Of a stretch of DNA of 64,000 bases, positions 11,704 to 24,489 are shown piece by piece. The stretch spans positions 2,479,451-2,543,450 of the forward strand of contig MU058289.1 of assembly GCA_013265495.1 (NCBI GenBank), given 5' to 3'. The position numbers and the translations under genes are program-made. Position 1 is the stretch's first letter; the number at the start of each line of letters is the position of its first letter. This DNA is from Vicugna vicugna. Taxonomy: Eukaryota. The notes under the pieces are model-generated. The model saw only the letters and a program-made list of their open reading frames with translations. It was not told the DNA's origin and did no database searches.

Positions 11704-13849
11704 AGAATTTTATTCACTTGTATTCACACATTATGAATTTTATTCACAATGAATTTTATTACCATGTGATTTCTACCTCTAACTTGGCAGATTTCATCAG
11801 ATTCTCCAAGAGAGGATGTAGGTCAGACTGCCCCCCAAGAGAAGCCCAGTGCTCCTTTTGTCACCAAGCAGGTCTTAGGAGGTGAGATTTGCATTTTACT
11901 TGGAGAAACTGAGTCCCTGAACAGTCAACTATTGGCCTCTGCCAGTTGGTAAAATAAGGACTTGACAAAATAGTTGTTTGCAGTTGAGATTTTAACCTTT
12001 GCCTTTCTCACAAATTCCCACCCAACTCAACTCTTTTGTTAGGAACACAAGGACTCACTGGCAGTTCCTGTGACACATACCGCCAACTGGTTGACAAATA
12101 GGAGGTTAGATGTTACTCTCCTGCTGGGTCAGCAGCAGCAGCTCTCATTTCCTGATCACAGCAGGATCAGAGATATGGGGTCAGGCCTAGGAGCCATGAG
12201 AATGTCTTGAGATGTCTGGTCCTATCCAGCTCCAAGGAGTGACACACAGAATGCTTACGTGGCCAGGAGATGCCTGCTGGGATGCACAGAGAAGCACTTC
12301 TTTTTCTTGGAAGACACCCAGGAGCTAGTCTCAGGGTAGACTGGTGTGTTTTTACCACCATATGTTCTTTTCTTGCTCTTATTCCTTTTTAATAAAAGCA
12401 GCAGCCCTCAGAAGGCAAAAGGGTTGGGCTAGATTAAATAGCAGATTTTGGTTCTCACTATATTTACTTTAAAGTGTCTCTCCCTATAAGGCAAAATACT
12501 GCTGGTTTTCCCCTTGTGGTTATGACAGTTACCTTTTAAAATAAAGTTTGTTTAAATAAAATGAGTAATTTTAAAGGAGGCCAGTAAGACAATAATAGTA
12601 CAAGTGACAAGTTTATATGATAAATTATAAAGGCGATTGGAGCTTCAAGGTAATAGAAGGAGATGACACAAATCTGAAGGTGGTAGGGAGTGATCGGAGT
12701 CAGCAGCCCTGAACTAAAAACCTATCTCAGCCACTAATGGGGAGTGTGCCCTTAACCACTTCACGTTACTTCGCTAGTCTTCTCACTTGTCAAACGGAGA
12801 TTATTTAATCCTTTTATTTGCAGAAGGGTCGTGAGAATGAAACATAATATCTATAAACTTTTTGGCTAGAGTAGAGGTTCTATTAGTGATAACTTTGGTA
12901 GTAGTTGTTGTTGTTTTATAAATGTAATAGAGTGACCCAACACCCCAAGATCCCTGAAACAAAAGCAGTTGTTTTTAAATCCCAGCATGGGGAGGGGAGC
13001 AGATTAATTATAGCTTGACAGACAATGCTGAAATTAACTTGATACTCACTTCCTACCCTAAGAGACAAGGGAAGTTTCTGCGGCTACCACAGAGTTCCCC
13101 AAACACCTGTTCCAGCACCGGGCTGGTTAAGACAGTTCAGATTTCTCAGCATTAAAACAGGCTTCCCAGAAAATGCCTTTTCTTGTGCAGCATCTCAGAG
13201 CTGGCACGTAGTGATGACTAGTTTTTCGTTTGTTTGACATTTACTTGGTTGTTGTCACCGTTAATTTTAAACTCTCCAACACTCCCAAGGAACCTTTTTA
13301 TTTTTTTGCATGAGCTTTTGTCACTTTATTGTTAACCAATGAATGCTATACAAAATTACAGATGTAATTGTAACTTAATTGTAAAACACAAAATTATGAT
13401 AATGGTAAAAGTCTGTTGGAATTTGCCAAAAACTCATTAATATATTACATTTAATATAGGAAGGACATGCTTGGCTTGTTTTGAAAGCAGACAGACTGTG
13501 TTGTGTTATCTATCTACTTGTGGCATCTACCGCCACTGCCACTCAGCCGTTGCAGCTCAGAGGCTTCCCTTGGTTGGGGAGGGGGTAGGAACTGCAGGAC
13601 AGCGGCCAGGAGGGGCGTGAGCCCGAGAGCTGGGGGGCTTCCTGCTCCAGCAGCACAGTCTCAGCCTCCTGTCTGCCAGACTTCTGCCCTCGAAGTCCAC
13701 TGATCAGCTGGGAGTAGGACAGAGGGCGGTGCGACCCCTGTTTCTAGGAGTCCTCCTTCGCTCCTAAACTATCTGCGTCCCTAAAACGCAGCTAAGGGTT
13801 TATAACCCACTTTGTTGCAATACCTTCCACCACCTCGAGAGAGGGTGAT

Positions 13850-15420
13850 CCGGCCCGATTCTGCAGTAGAGAAAACTAAGATTTCAAGTGACATTCGCCG
13901 CGTCTGTTGGGCACGAAACGCCTTCCGGGGATCCCTCCTCTTGTGGGCTTCTCTTCCCTCGCCATCGGTGACCCCCAGCGGACCCGCTTAGTCTCTGCAG
14001 CGGGCGAGTTGGGGGACAGGGGGTAGATCGCCGCGCCAACCGGCCTGAGTCACCTGCCGAGGCCATAGGTAGCGCAGCCAGCTCTCCCTCAGCGTCCCCG
14101 ACCCGGCCCCGGGGTCCCTTTCGGCGAGAAGCTGTTCCTGACCGCTCCCCCTAGGGCCCAGCGCTCCCGCCGCATCCCCGATGTGGCGTCAGGTCTGGTC
14201 ACTGTCCCCTCGGCGTCCGCGTTCCTCTGTTGAGGAGCTGCGACTTCACCCGCGCGCGCATTTACCCTCAAGGCTCCAGACTAGGGCCCGGTCCCCAATC
14301 CGGGCCTCGCTGCGGCCGCAGAGACCCCCGGCCCGCTCCGGCGCCAGCGGACTGAGATTGCAGCGACACCCAGATTAAGAGCCTGAGGCGCGGGGAGGGC
14401 GGGCGACGAACCCGGGGTCTCCCGCACTCCGCTGGGCCAGACTCGCCTGGGGCGCCGGCTGCGGGCGACCAATCCGGGGCCGGGGCGGGGCCGGAGGCAT
14501 GGTCTCGGTGGGCCCCTCCGGGTCTCCAGGGCTTGGAGCCTGTCCTCAGGCGTGGCTGGAGGGGCGGCCGCGCGGGCGGGGCGGGACGGGGGCGGGGCCG
14601 GGCTCCCTCAAGGGCTGGCGCGCCTCTGAGCTTCAGTCAGTGCCCCGCGCCCGCGCAACCAGCATGACCGATACACTGCTGCCCGCGGCTCCCCAGCCGC
14701 TGGAGGAGAGCGACGGCTACTTTCGGAAGGTGGGCAGCTTTGGGCGGGCTGGAAGTCTGCGGGCTCCAGACCTTTTCCCCCTGGACTGTGGAACGCGTGG
14801 CCTGGGTCGACCAGGCCGGGAGGGGGAGGGGGCGGGGGCGTACTGGCCAGGGGCGCGCGGGGCGGAGGCTCGGGGTGAGGGGCGCGCCCGCAGTGCACCC
14901 GGCGCCCGAGAGCAGGTGACTTCCGGGGCGGGGAGGAGGGCGCCTGGAGCTGCCCCGCGCAGGTGTCGGCGGAGGATGGGGCCAGGAGGGGGTGCTCGGG
15001 GTCGCCCCCGCCGGCCGTCCCGCGCCCCTGGGGAAGGGATCCGTTTCTGGAGCGCTGGCGCCCTCGGCCTCGCGGCGTGTGGGGGACCTGAGCCCATCTT
15101 CCACCCGAGCGCTTGGCTGGGGCGCGTGGAAATAGAAGGACCACCCCAGGAGGGTTGGCGTTCCCCCTTTGACTCTAGAATACTTCTAGTGTTCGCCTCT
15201 TTTACTTTTTAGAGGGTAGGAGGCCACCTCAGGCGTCGCCTCCGTCTCTGCCCCAAGTCACCCAGGAGGGCGTGCGCGCCACAGACGCAAGGGCCGCGGT
15301 CTCGCCGCTTCTCCGCTTCAAGCTAAAGCGGATTTATCCGATTGTTGATCTACGGGGAGTGCGGGCTCCGCGGGAGCTTGGCACATAGCGTGGGCTCCCG
15401 CCCAAGGGGTAACAAGTCTT
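13850..15420. promoter_or_regulatory. CpG-island promoter / first exon of RHPN2
   Basis: Very high CpG and GC. CCAAT at 14469-14473, GC boxes at 14482-14491 and 14561-14602, G-runs compatible with G4 formation. Confidence 0.9.
14664..14729 (+). CDS. RHPN2: RHPN2 exon 1 coding part (66 nt)
   Basis: agcATGa, MTDTLLPAAPQPLEESDGYFRK|gtgggc. Confidence 0.95.
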
Positions 15421-18065
15421 CAGCTCTGTCCCTCAAAAGCGACCCCAATCCATGGAGCGGGGTTGCTAGGATGCCCACAGGTGGTAAGGCCTGAGCTACA
15501 AAGATGCTTTTGAGCCTGGGGTCACCGTGACACCTTCTATCCTTTCTCCTTATGGGTCCCTGTGAGTCTAAAAATAGCCTTTGGAACTTGGCCAGGCTTG
15601 ACTGGGTGGGTTGAGAAATTGTTTTTTTATATATGACGGTCGGCAGAGTGCGTAATTATAAACAGGGAAGTGAAACTCTTTCCCACAGAACAATCAATTC
15701 TTAATTGTTCCAAGCCTAAAGATCCAGTTGGTGAATGCACTTGGCATCTTCCTCCTTCTCCCTTGACGCTGCCTTTGGACTTTTGCTCTCCGGTGTGGGG
15801 CAGTGGCCCCAGGGGATAGGCAAGAGGGGACGCTGGAAACAGGTGAGGATAGAGTTGGAAAAATTCTTTTCGGTTAAATTGCTTTCAGCATTAAAAAAAA
15901 AAAAAGAGTAGTTTTAAGGTATAGTTAAGTTAAAAGATGTCATCATGGAATTACAGGATTATAACTTCTAATTATATGTGGCATTTGGGACAGAGGATCA
16001 CAGGCCATAGAATTGCAGAAGGAGGCCAGGCCTGGGAATCCCTAGATCTCAGCCCTAAGGCCTCAGAGGCTGATTGCCACTCCCACAAAATTGCTGTGTA
16101 GCCTCCAGCAAGTTGCTCCCTCTCTCTGGGATTTCATTTCCTCCCTGAATTGTTTGTCCTCTGAAGAGTGGAGATCTGGACCTCCAGCAACATCTAGGGG
16201 AAATGACAGAGGGAGGGGCAGAAGATATAGTGAACACCTGCAAGGGTTATGTTCCCTAGTCTTCTGAAACAGGTTTTCCAGGGCAGGATCTGCATAGGAA
16301 GGAAAGTGGATGGCAAGGAAGCTGTGAAAGGATTCAAAGCTAAGTGTTTTTAAGGTGCAGGTTCTCTGGTGGTAGATAAGAGAATAATGGGTGCAAAATA
16401 AGATGAATCACTGGTTTGCAATTAGAAATAATACCTCTTTTGAAAACGAGACCTGGTAATGATCATTGTGCTGTGTCATACTAGTCCAAAGAATGTTCTT
16501 TGTGCAAGGTCAGTAAAAGGTGTTGATGTGGAACCCTCCCTGATCTGTGATCTAAGCCAGTTTGTCCTAAAACAAGTGCTTCTTGAATGAAAGAAAGGTA
16601 GACGTTACACAGGTAGAGAAGGGGAGGAAGAGCACTTCGGGTAGAGGGAACAGCATGGGTGAAGGCATGGGATTGTGAGCACCTGTGAGTGAACTCTCTA
16701 GGGTGTGGAGGTGTAAATGGGAACTAGGCTGCTCAGGGGTCATGCATTCTGGGTGCATGGGAAGGGAACCCAGAGATCCATAAAAATGTTTAATGCAGGA
16801 CCAGACATGTGAAATTTATGTCACAGAAAGACGACTTTGACAACTGAGTGGTCAGCAGGTGGAGGATGGGGGAGAGGCAGTGGTGGAGCCAGGCAGGGAG
16901 GAATGGGGAGGGTTTAGCCCCCTCTAATCCTCATTGTCTCCACCCTACTCTGATACCGACCACTGATGACTTTTCAGTTGGTTATGTAAAGTACAGCCCC
17001 ACCACTCATCCTTTCCACCAGCTTGCAGCCCCTAACTCCAACCAGGGGTCCAGACTAGATGGAGGCAGGGATTCCAGTGGGGAAAGTGGAATGATGAGAG
17101 CCTGAGCAAAGTGGGGGTGGAAAGTACTAATGGACAAGATATGGTGGGGGAAGATGCTGCGGGACAGGAGTCCAAAAGGTCTGCCTTAGGGGTTTGGGTG
17201 GAGGGTCAGCGCCTCACAGGGGTTGAGGAACCAGGAGACTGGTGTCGGGGGCAGTGGATTTGAGGCCCCCAAGAGACATGTGAGTAGTGGTCCCGGTGGA
17301 GAGAGTCCACTCCGTAAACCTGGCAGCCACGAGAGTTCCCTGGCTGGAGATGCAGCTTTAGTGGGGACATCAGTGTGGGAGGCAGTGGGATGTTGTGAAA
17401 AAGGACCCAAAACAGAGGGAAATAATACCTCCACTGAAGGGACAGGCAGAGATGGGAGGGAAACCAGGAGGGTAACAGTGTCAAGGCAGCTGAGGCAAGA
17501 AAGCCATTTTAGTGGAGAGGAGAGGCTGATAAGTCAGAAGAGCCCTGGAAAATACTGGATTTAGTCCTTTAGGAGGTGGAGAATTGGAGACAAAAGTCTT
17601 TGTGATGAGGTGGGGGGTGGGGAGAAGGGCAGAGCAGATAGTTTCTAGAAGGGGGAAGCGGGTAGACGAGAGAAGAAGGCAGGTTTGTTTCGAATGATAA
17701 GGGAGGTCTAGAGCCTTTTTAAAGCTGAAAGTGAAGAAGTTGTGGGGGGTGGGGTTTGAAGATTCAGGGAGAGAGAGCAAGCTGTGTGGAGAGGTCCCTG
17801 GAGGCCAGGATTGGAAACAGCTGGGGCACATATTAGCTGGATGAGCCAACCACGGGCAGTGAGTGAGGACCCCAGACTGGAGATGTAATCGGGTCATCAG
17901 ACAACTGCCCCTAAGGCGGTTCTCCCCTCCTTCCCCCAACTCCATCCTATCTTGAGGATTTTACACACATTTACAGGACCAAATTAATTTCCGCTAAAGT
18001 CAAGTTTCTCCTTCATCTTGTTCTCTTTGTCCTACCTTGCCTCCCCTTCCTCTTTTCCTTCTCTC

Positions 18066-18204
18066 TTTTTTCTTTTTTTTTGAGCAGGGGAGGGCGATAA
18101 TTAGTTTTGTTTGTTTATTTATTTTTAGAGGAGGTATTGCGGTTTGAACCCAGGACCTCATGCGTGCTAAGCATGCGCTCTACCACTTGAGCTATATATC
18201 CCCC
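18066..18204 (-). mobile_element. Vic-1-type SINE
   Basis: gaggtattgcggtttgaacccaggacc...ctctaccacttgagctata. Confidence 0.8.
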
Positions 18205-21200
18205 GGCTTCCTCTTCTCTTGAATGTGCCATTCTGCTCCATTCATTCAGAAAGCATTTACTGAATGACAGCTCTGAGCTTGACTGCTGTCATGTTCTGGG
18301 CACACTTGACCCTGGCTTCTGTGGCAGTTCACGGCAGGCCTCATTTGTTGGGGTGCCAAGCAGTGCTGGGAGTTGGATAGCTCAGGCCATGCTTGAATAG
18401 GAATCAGCTTCTTAGATTTAGTCCAGAGAGCAAAAAGTAGAGGGTTCCATGGTACATATTCAGAGCTTCAAGTCTGTTTTGTGAGACTTGCACACAAAAT
18501 GAAGACTAATTTCCCAAAAGTCCACTCTACCTGCTGGTCCTGGATCCTGAATGTGTAAGACAATCATTGACAGAGAGGGAAGCCCCCTGGCAAATCAGGG
18601 TCTTTTGAGGGATGTGTGGGATATGACATGGCTTTACTGAGTCCAAGGACACAGACTCAATTTGGCCCCAGGTCAGGCACGGACACCCTCAGCTCAGATC
18701 CCGGCCACCTGAGCTAGCAGCCTGAGGGGATCTCTGAATTAAAAACAAACAAAAAATGCAGAATACTTTCTGGTCTGTCGCAATAAGTTTCTCTCTTCTC
18801 TGGCTTCTCACTTTTCTTTCTTTACATTAATATGTTTAAATAGAGGTATAGCTATATAAGAATAATTAAATAATAAATTACTTTCTTAAAAGAATGACCA
18901 GTGGAAGTGGAGCTTCTTTTTCCCAAACAGATTTTTACAGTCCTCCTAAATGAAAGTCTTGGAAGAATGTGTGTTCTGGCCTATTGTTAACACAGAGTAA
19001 TAGAAGTTTCCAAGACACTGCATCCTGAGAGCTGGTCCCGTCCCCGGGGCTCTCCGGGGCCTGTAGTCCTAAAACCCACAGGAAAACTTGTTCTTGGCCA
19101 AAAGAAAACCAGCCAGAGAAAAGCTCGAGAAAGATGTTCCCGGGGCTGTTGAAAGGTCTTAGCAGTATGTGGAAGAAGAGAGTGGTTACAAAGTGCAGCA
19201 TTGTGGGACCTTATCTCTGCCTCTTCATCCTCTGGGAACGCTAATGACCCAAAATGAATTTAGCTCTATTGTTTTTACTCAAGAGCTGGAGGAGAAGTTG
19301 TTTCTTGTTCACAGAAGCTTCCAGGCTAGACAGGGCCCCAAGGTTCACCGTGTCCTGGTTTATGGCTCCTGTTTACTCTGGATTTCCTCAAGGCTCCAGC
19401 AGAGAAGGAAGGAGAAGAATTCTTTTTTTTTTTTTTAATCCAAAGGCTCATAGGTTCTTCTCTGCACCATTCATCTTAGTGGGGTGTACTTTCATGGTAG
19501 CATCATACGTAAGCACACTTGTGTAGGGGGAAGCGTTCTGCTGGGCTGAGTCCGAGGAACACAGTGTGGGTCATGGGGGTGCATCAGCTCCAACTTTACT
19601 GGGCCGTGATGATGTCTCTTCATGTGTTTGGACACATCCCCTTGGAGCCTTAAATCCTTTCCCAGGTAGGGGAGTGGGGAGAGAGGCAGAGGGGTGAAGG
19701 TTTGTGATGCTGCTTCCTTCCCACCCCCTACCCCACCATGGTCTGAGGCAGGTCCTAAAGCCCAGGCTGGATCCAGGCTGATCGTGGCCTTGATGAGGGT
19801 CTGCCCAGCTGCACTTGTACACACCAGCGACCCAGAGGGCGTGTCGCACAAACACCGGTGCGCGTTGCTGGATCCTGGCCAGGAGGGGGTCCCCTGGCAG
19901 AAGCAGAATTTTCAGGTGACTCAGAGGAGAGTCAGCGTGATGAGCTGTAACTCTGTAAATGTCCCTTGCTTCCTGGGGCAATTTGGACAGATTCCAAGAC
20001 ACCACCTGATGATCCTGGGCATTGGCTTTAGAGTGATCACCACCTCCTCCTTTGGCTCAGGTACTGGAGTCTCGTGACCCAAAGGCTACATTGGAGGTGG
20101 CCACAGAGGACAGTGGAACTGCAGGTGCAGCTTAGCCAAACTGGGTGTCAGACTGAGTGCCTGGCAGAGCGGGCAGCAAGGAGTGCCGGCCGGGGCCAGG
20201 TCTCCTGCCAGAGACAGGGAGAGATGCAGGGCCATCTGGCCATCCTAGTCAGACCTGCAGAGCTCACCATGGCTGTGTGCCCCAGAAAATCCCAAGTTTT
20301 GATTGGATTCTAAGAGGAGAAAACGGCAAATGATCAAAAGCAACTTCAGAAAGTGGCTCTTTTTCTCCAATATTATTGTATTAGGACAGTAACATAAATA
20401 GTAAAAAGGGTAATTACAGAGGCGAATAAAATCATGCACATATACCAGTGCCCCCCTCCACCCCTGCACACCCAACCACCCACGTTCTAGGTAAAGACGG
20501 TAAACTATCGGTGAATACATCCTACCAGTTGAAATAAACATGTCATTAGCTGAGTCTGGAAATACATTTGACTCCTGGAAATTTTGGTGATTGTAAATCT
20601 TTGTCATTCATTCAGCATGTTGGGAAATAACTGTGAGTGGCACACACTTTGTGAACACACAGTAGGTGTTTATAAAGGTTTGTAGAAATGACTGAAGGGA
20701 GCCTCTAGTTAAAGATTATGACCAAGTGTTGATTTGTATTGTGGCCTCCCTACCCCCATGGGGATGGATGGAGACACCCGAGGGAGGCATCTGGCAGAGA
20801 TCCTGAAAGGGCAGGAGGCCTCTTTACAAGTGCCAGATTCATGTTTTAATTTTTATGGACGTGGAAAAGCTAGATTCTGTCCATGTAAACTGCCCTCAAT
20901 CTCCAGCATGATGAAAAGTTAAATTAGATGTATGTGTGTATTGCAGGGTATTGTTTGCTATTTTTGTGCCTTCTGGTTGATAGCTTCTGGCTAACTCATA
21001 AACAAACAATTCTGTTTTCCAGAGCTCGGTGGTTGAGTGAGGGATTGCATAACTAGGAAGGAGTGAGAAAGGCAAAGAAAAATATCTTTGCACTAGAAAA
21101 GCAGCAAAAAACACCCACTCTTCCATGCCCTGCGTGAGGGTCTCTAGTCAGGAGACCCTGCACGGTCACTTCTCAGTCTTACTCCTGCCCTGGAGACCCC

Positions 21201-23452
21201 AAGTTCACACTGTGCCCTCACTTTGCTGGAAGCACGTCTACATGGGTGGGCTTTATCTTTTCTACTTGAAAGAAAGGCCCTCACTGGTTCTCTGGGTGGA
21301 GGGGAGCCAGGTACCAGGCACTGCCTAGAGCCGGGCCCCAGCTGGGGAGGGAAAACTGCTCCATTCCCTCTGTGTCTGCCTTCCCACTGTCGGACTCTGC
21401 AAGTACTGGCTGATTATCCTTTCCTTTCTTCCAAATCAAGTACCTCTGGTATTGCCTGGGAGATGCTCTTAAATCCTTGTTTCCCTACCAAACAATTTGA
21501 CTATACACTAAGGGCCTGTGGGTGTCTGTTGACAAATAGAGTTTTCACTCTGGGTGAACTTATTCTAGTTAGTACTTTTTTTAGTTGCAGTTACCAAAAA
21601 ATCTAATCCCAGATGCTTAGGCAAATAAACATACTATAGTACATCCCAACAATGGAATTCGCAGCGACAAAAAGGAGCAAACCGCTGATAAGTACAACAA
21701 CATGGGTGAATCTCAACGCATATTATTGAGGAAAACAAGCCTGACACAGTAGAACAGATACCATATGATACCAATTTTTAAAAATGGCTTAAGCAAGAAA
21801 GGGAATGCATTTGGCTCCTGTAACTGAGAAGTCCTAAGGAATGGCTTCAGGCCTGGCTTGATCCAGGGCTCGTATACTACCACCCACCAAGACTCAGTTC
21901 TTTAGCTCTGCTCCCCACTGGATTGGCTTCATTTTGGGGGAGACACTTCCCCGCTGTGGTCATGTTGCTGTAGCTGCCCAGTCTCACATCCCCCTGGGTT
22001 CAAGAACGATGGGGTAAAATGAAGGCCCCTTCCTGATGGGCTCTGGTTGTTCTATGGCAGGTGCTCACCCTAATTGATCTCAGGCCTGAGGCCTTTGATT
22101 TTCTTACCGGCTGGGCGTGGGTCAGATGTTCTTCCCCCTGGAAAGGAGGTGTGGGAGCATGGTTTACCACCCCTGAACATTATGGGCTGCGAGGTGGGAG
22201 AGTGGGACATGGGTCATGGTGGTTAAAAGATGTGCAGTGATGCTGGACAGCCCTCAGCCAGAAAGCATGTAAAGGGCGTGTGGGGGTTGACAGGTGAGCT
22301 GTCCCAGCATTCCCACACATTCCTGCTGCTCAGGCTCATCTCAGAGTGGCAGGAAGGACATGGGCTCAAATCCCACTGCCACCCTTAGTGCCTCTAGCAT
22401 CCTAGGTCGCTCATTTAGCCTCCAAGCTTCAGAACTGTGGGATCCGAGATGCGTACCAGAGTCCACGTGGGCAGTCTGACACATGGGAGATCCCACTAAG
22501 CTAGGGAGCAAACTGAGCTTTCACTCTGTGCCTGCTTTTCTCGGGTGTTGGCAGCTGGACCATCCTTCCACATATGGAGACGGGTCCCCATGCCCAGACC
22601 TTAGTCTGATCAAGGAACCGGCAGTTTCCGAGTAGTGGACAGACTCAACTTCACTGTAGGGCTTGTGGACAGTGACCCTAGAGGCCAGGACAGCTCATTT
22701 GTTCCTACCACTCCTACACCATCCCTTCCCAGTTCCCAGGCCAGGCAGGCATGATGAGTGCTGCCTAGGTCCTGGGAACAAACCCTCAGTCCAGTTTTGG
22801 AGCAGCTCTACATTTTAAATGTGAACCGTTTAAGAACTGAGGCATGGCTGCGGGCTGCAGGGCCTCACCAGCACAGAACCCCTGGCAGGTGCCAGTGGAC
22901 AGCTAGCAGCCTCAGATGATACCAGGGCTCCTTTCTGGTAGTCTCACCCAGATTTATCTCTCAGGGCTCCGGGAAGTTTTCAAACAGCCCTGTGGGCGTT
23001 TTGGGTGTTTCCAGCAGGCCCAGCATTCCTACCTGTCAGTAAGAAGTAATGTAGTTTGGGGTCCAATTACTCAGTCAGATCTAATCCTGAGCATTCCTAT
23101 GTCTTATCTAGAAACTTGACCCCACATCTGTGGGCTAGTTAGGGTGTTGCAATTGTAGACCAGCCAGAAGTTGGGTGAAGTATGGGAGCAGGAAAAAGTT
23201 ATCATCCGTAAGCTGGAATGGCTGCTTTATCTCAGCTCTGGGAATGTACGTAAAGGAATTAGTTATTAAGGCCTCTCTGTGAAATAGAACACAGCTTTGG
23301 TGAACCATGTAATTTTAAGTCAGATTGAGCCATCACTTCATGGTAATTTCAGGAAGTGAAAAGGAGAGGGGCTGGCAATTATTTTAGCCCTTTAAGTTTA
23401 AGTTACCTTAATATTAAAGACATTTTAATCTTACATCTGAAAAAAGAGAATT

Positions 23453-23926
23453 AGTTTTGTTTTTCATTTTTCAGTTTTATGAGGTAGAATTGTTACAATT
23501 TGACTGCACATATACAATATATTGCATGTAAATACAAATATACAATATACTGAATATGTATTTTTTAAATTTACATATATGTACTGTTCATTGTTTCTAA
23601 GAACAGTTTAGAGATTTAGCTTTTTAAACTTACATAGTTATCAAAGGAATAAAGCCAATCACAAAATAAGAATCAACAGAATGCAGTAATCCAATCTTAA
23701 AGAACAGTCAAATGTGCTTACACATATTCAAGAAATCAATCATCTAAGTTATAAGTTGTTCATTTGTGTCCCCTTTTTTTAGATTCCACATATAAGTGAT
23801 ATCATATGGCATTTTTCTTTCTCTTTCCTGCCCACTTCACATAGAATGACAATCTCCAGGTCCATCCATGTTGCTGCAAATGGAATTATTTTATTCTTTT
23901 TTATGGCTGAGTAGTATTCCATTGTA
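23453..23926 (-). mobile_element. 5'-truncated L1 with an atypical 3' tail
   Basis: ORF2 end (MEYYSAIKKNKIIPFAATWMDLE...LICGI*) at ~23779-23926. TSD TGAAAAAAGAGAATT at 23438-23452 and 23927-23941. Confidence 0.85.
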
Positions 23927-24489
23927 TGAAAAAAGAGAATTGGTTTTCTGAGGCAGCCTGCTGGGATGTGAGAATGAGATCTCTGGAAGAAATGTGACTC
24001 ATTTCTGACCAGATTTCTAGTCCGAAGGGCACTGATACGGGAAAATTTCAGAGAAACCAGGGGCTGTAGATAACCCATTTCTTTCTCCTTGGGGTTGGGG
24101 TTGAGGTCATGGGCGTGGCTTGGGCAGAGGTGTGGGAGGCCAGGTGTGTGTATAGCTGTGATGGTAGAGATGAAGGCAGTGACGCAGCTGAAGAGAAAGG
24201 GCAGTCCCCTCACCAAATACTGCCCACCAGCCACACCCAGGATGTGAATACAAGCCCTGTCGTGGGCAGTACCTCAAGATAAGCTTCAAAAAGGAATGGA
24301 ACCTTCACTCAGATTCCTGGGCTCCTACCTGCTGGGGTAGGAAGAATGCTATCAGGTTAAAAGGGAACTTTTTGAATTACTTTGTTGTATACCTGAAACT
24401 AACACAATATTGTAAATCAACTATACTTCAATTGAAAAATAAAAGGATACTCTTATTCTGATCTTGAACTTTTCAAAATGAAGCAGTAT

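Noticed and set aside
14730..15212. Long ORFs on both strands in the RHPN2 CpG island (237, 178, 155 and 126 aa)
   Set aside because: Only 14664-14729 matches RHPN2. The rest is intron read-through or antisense low-complexity G/R/P/A sequence, expected from stop-codon scarcity in GC-rich DNA.
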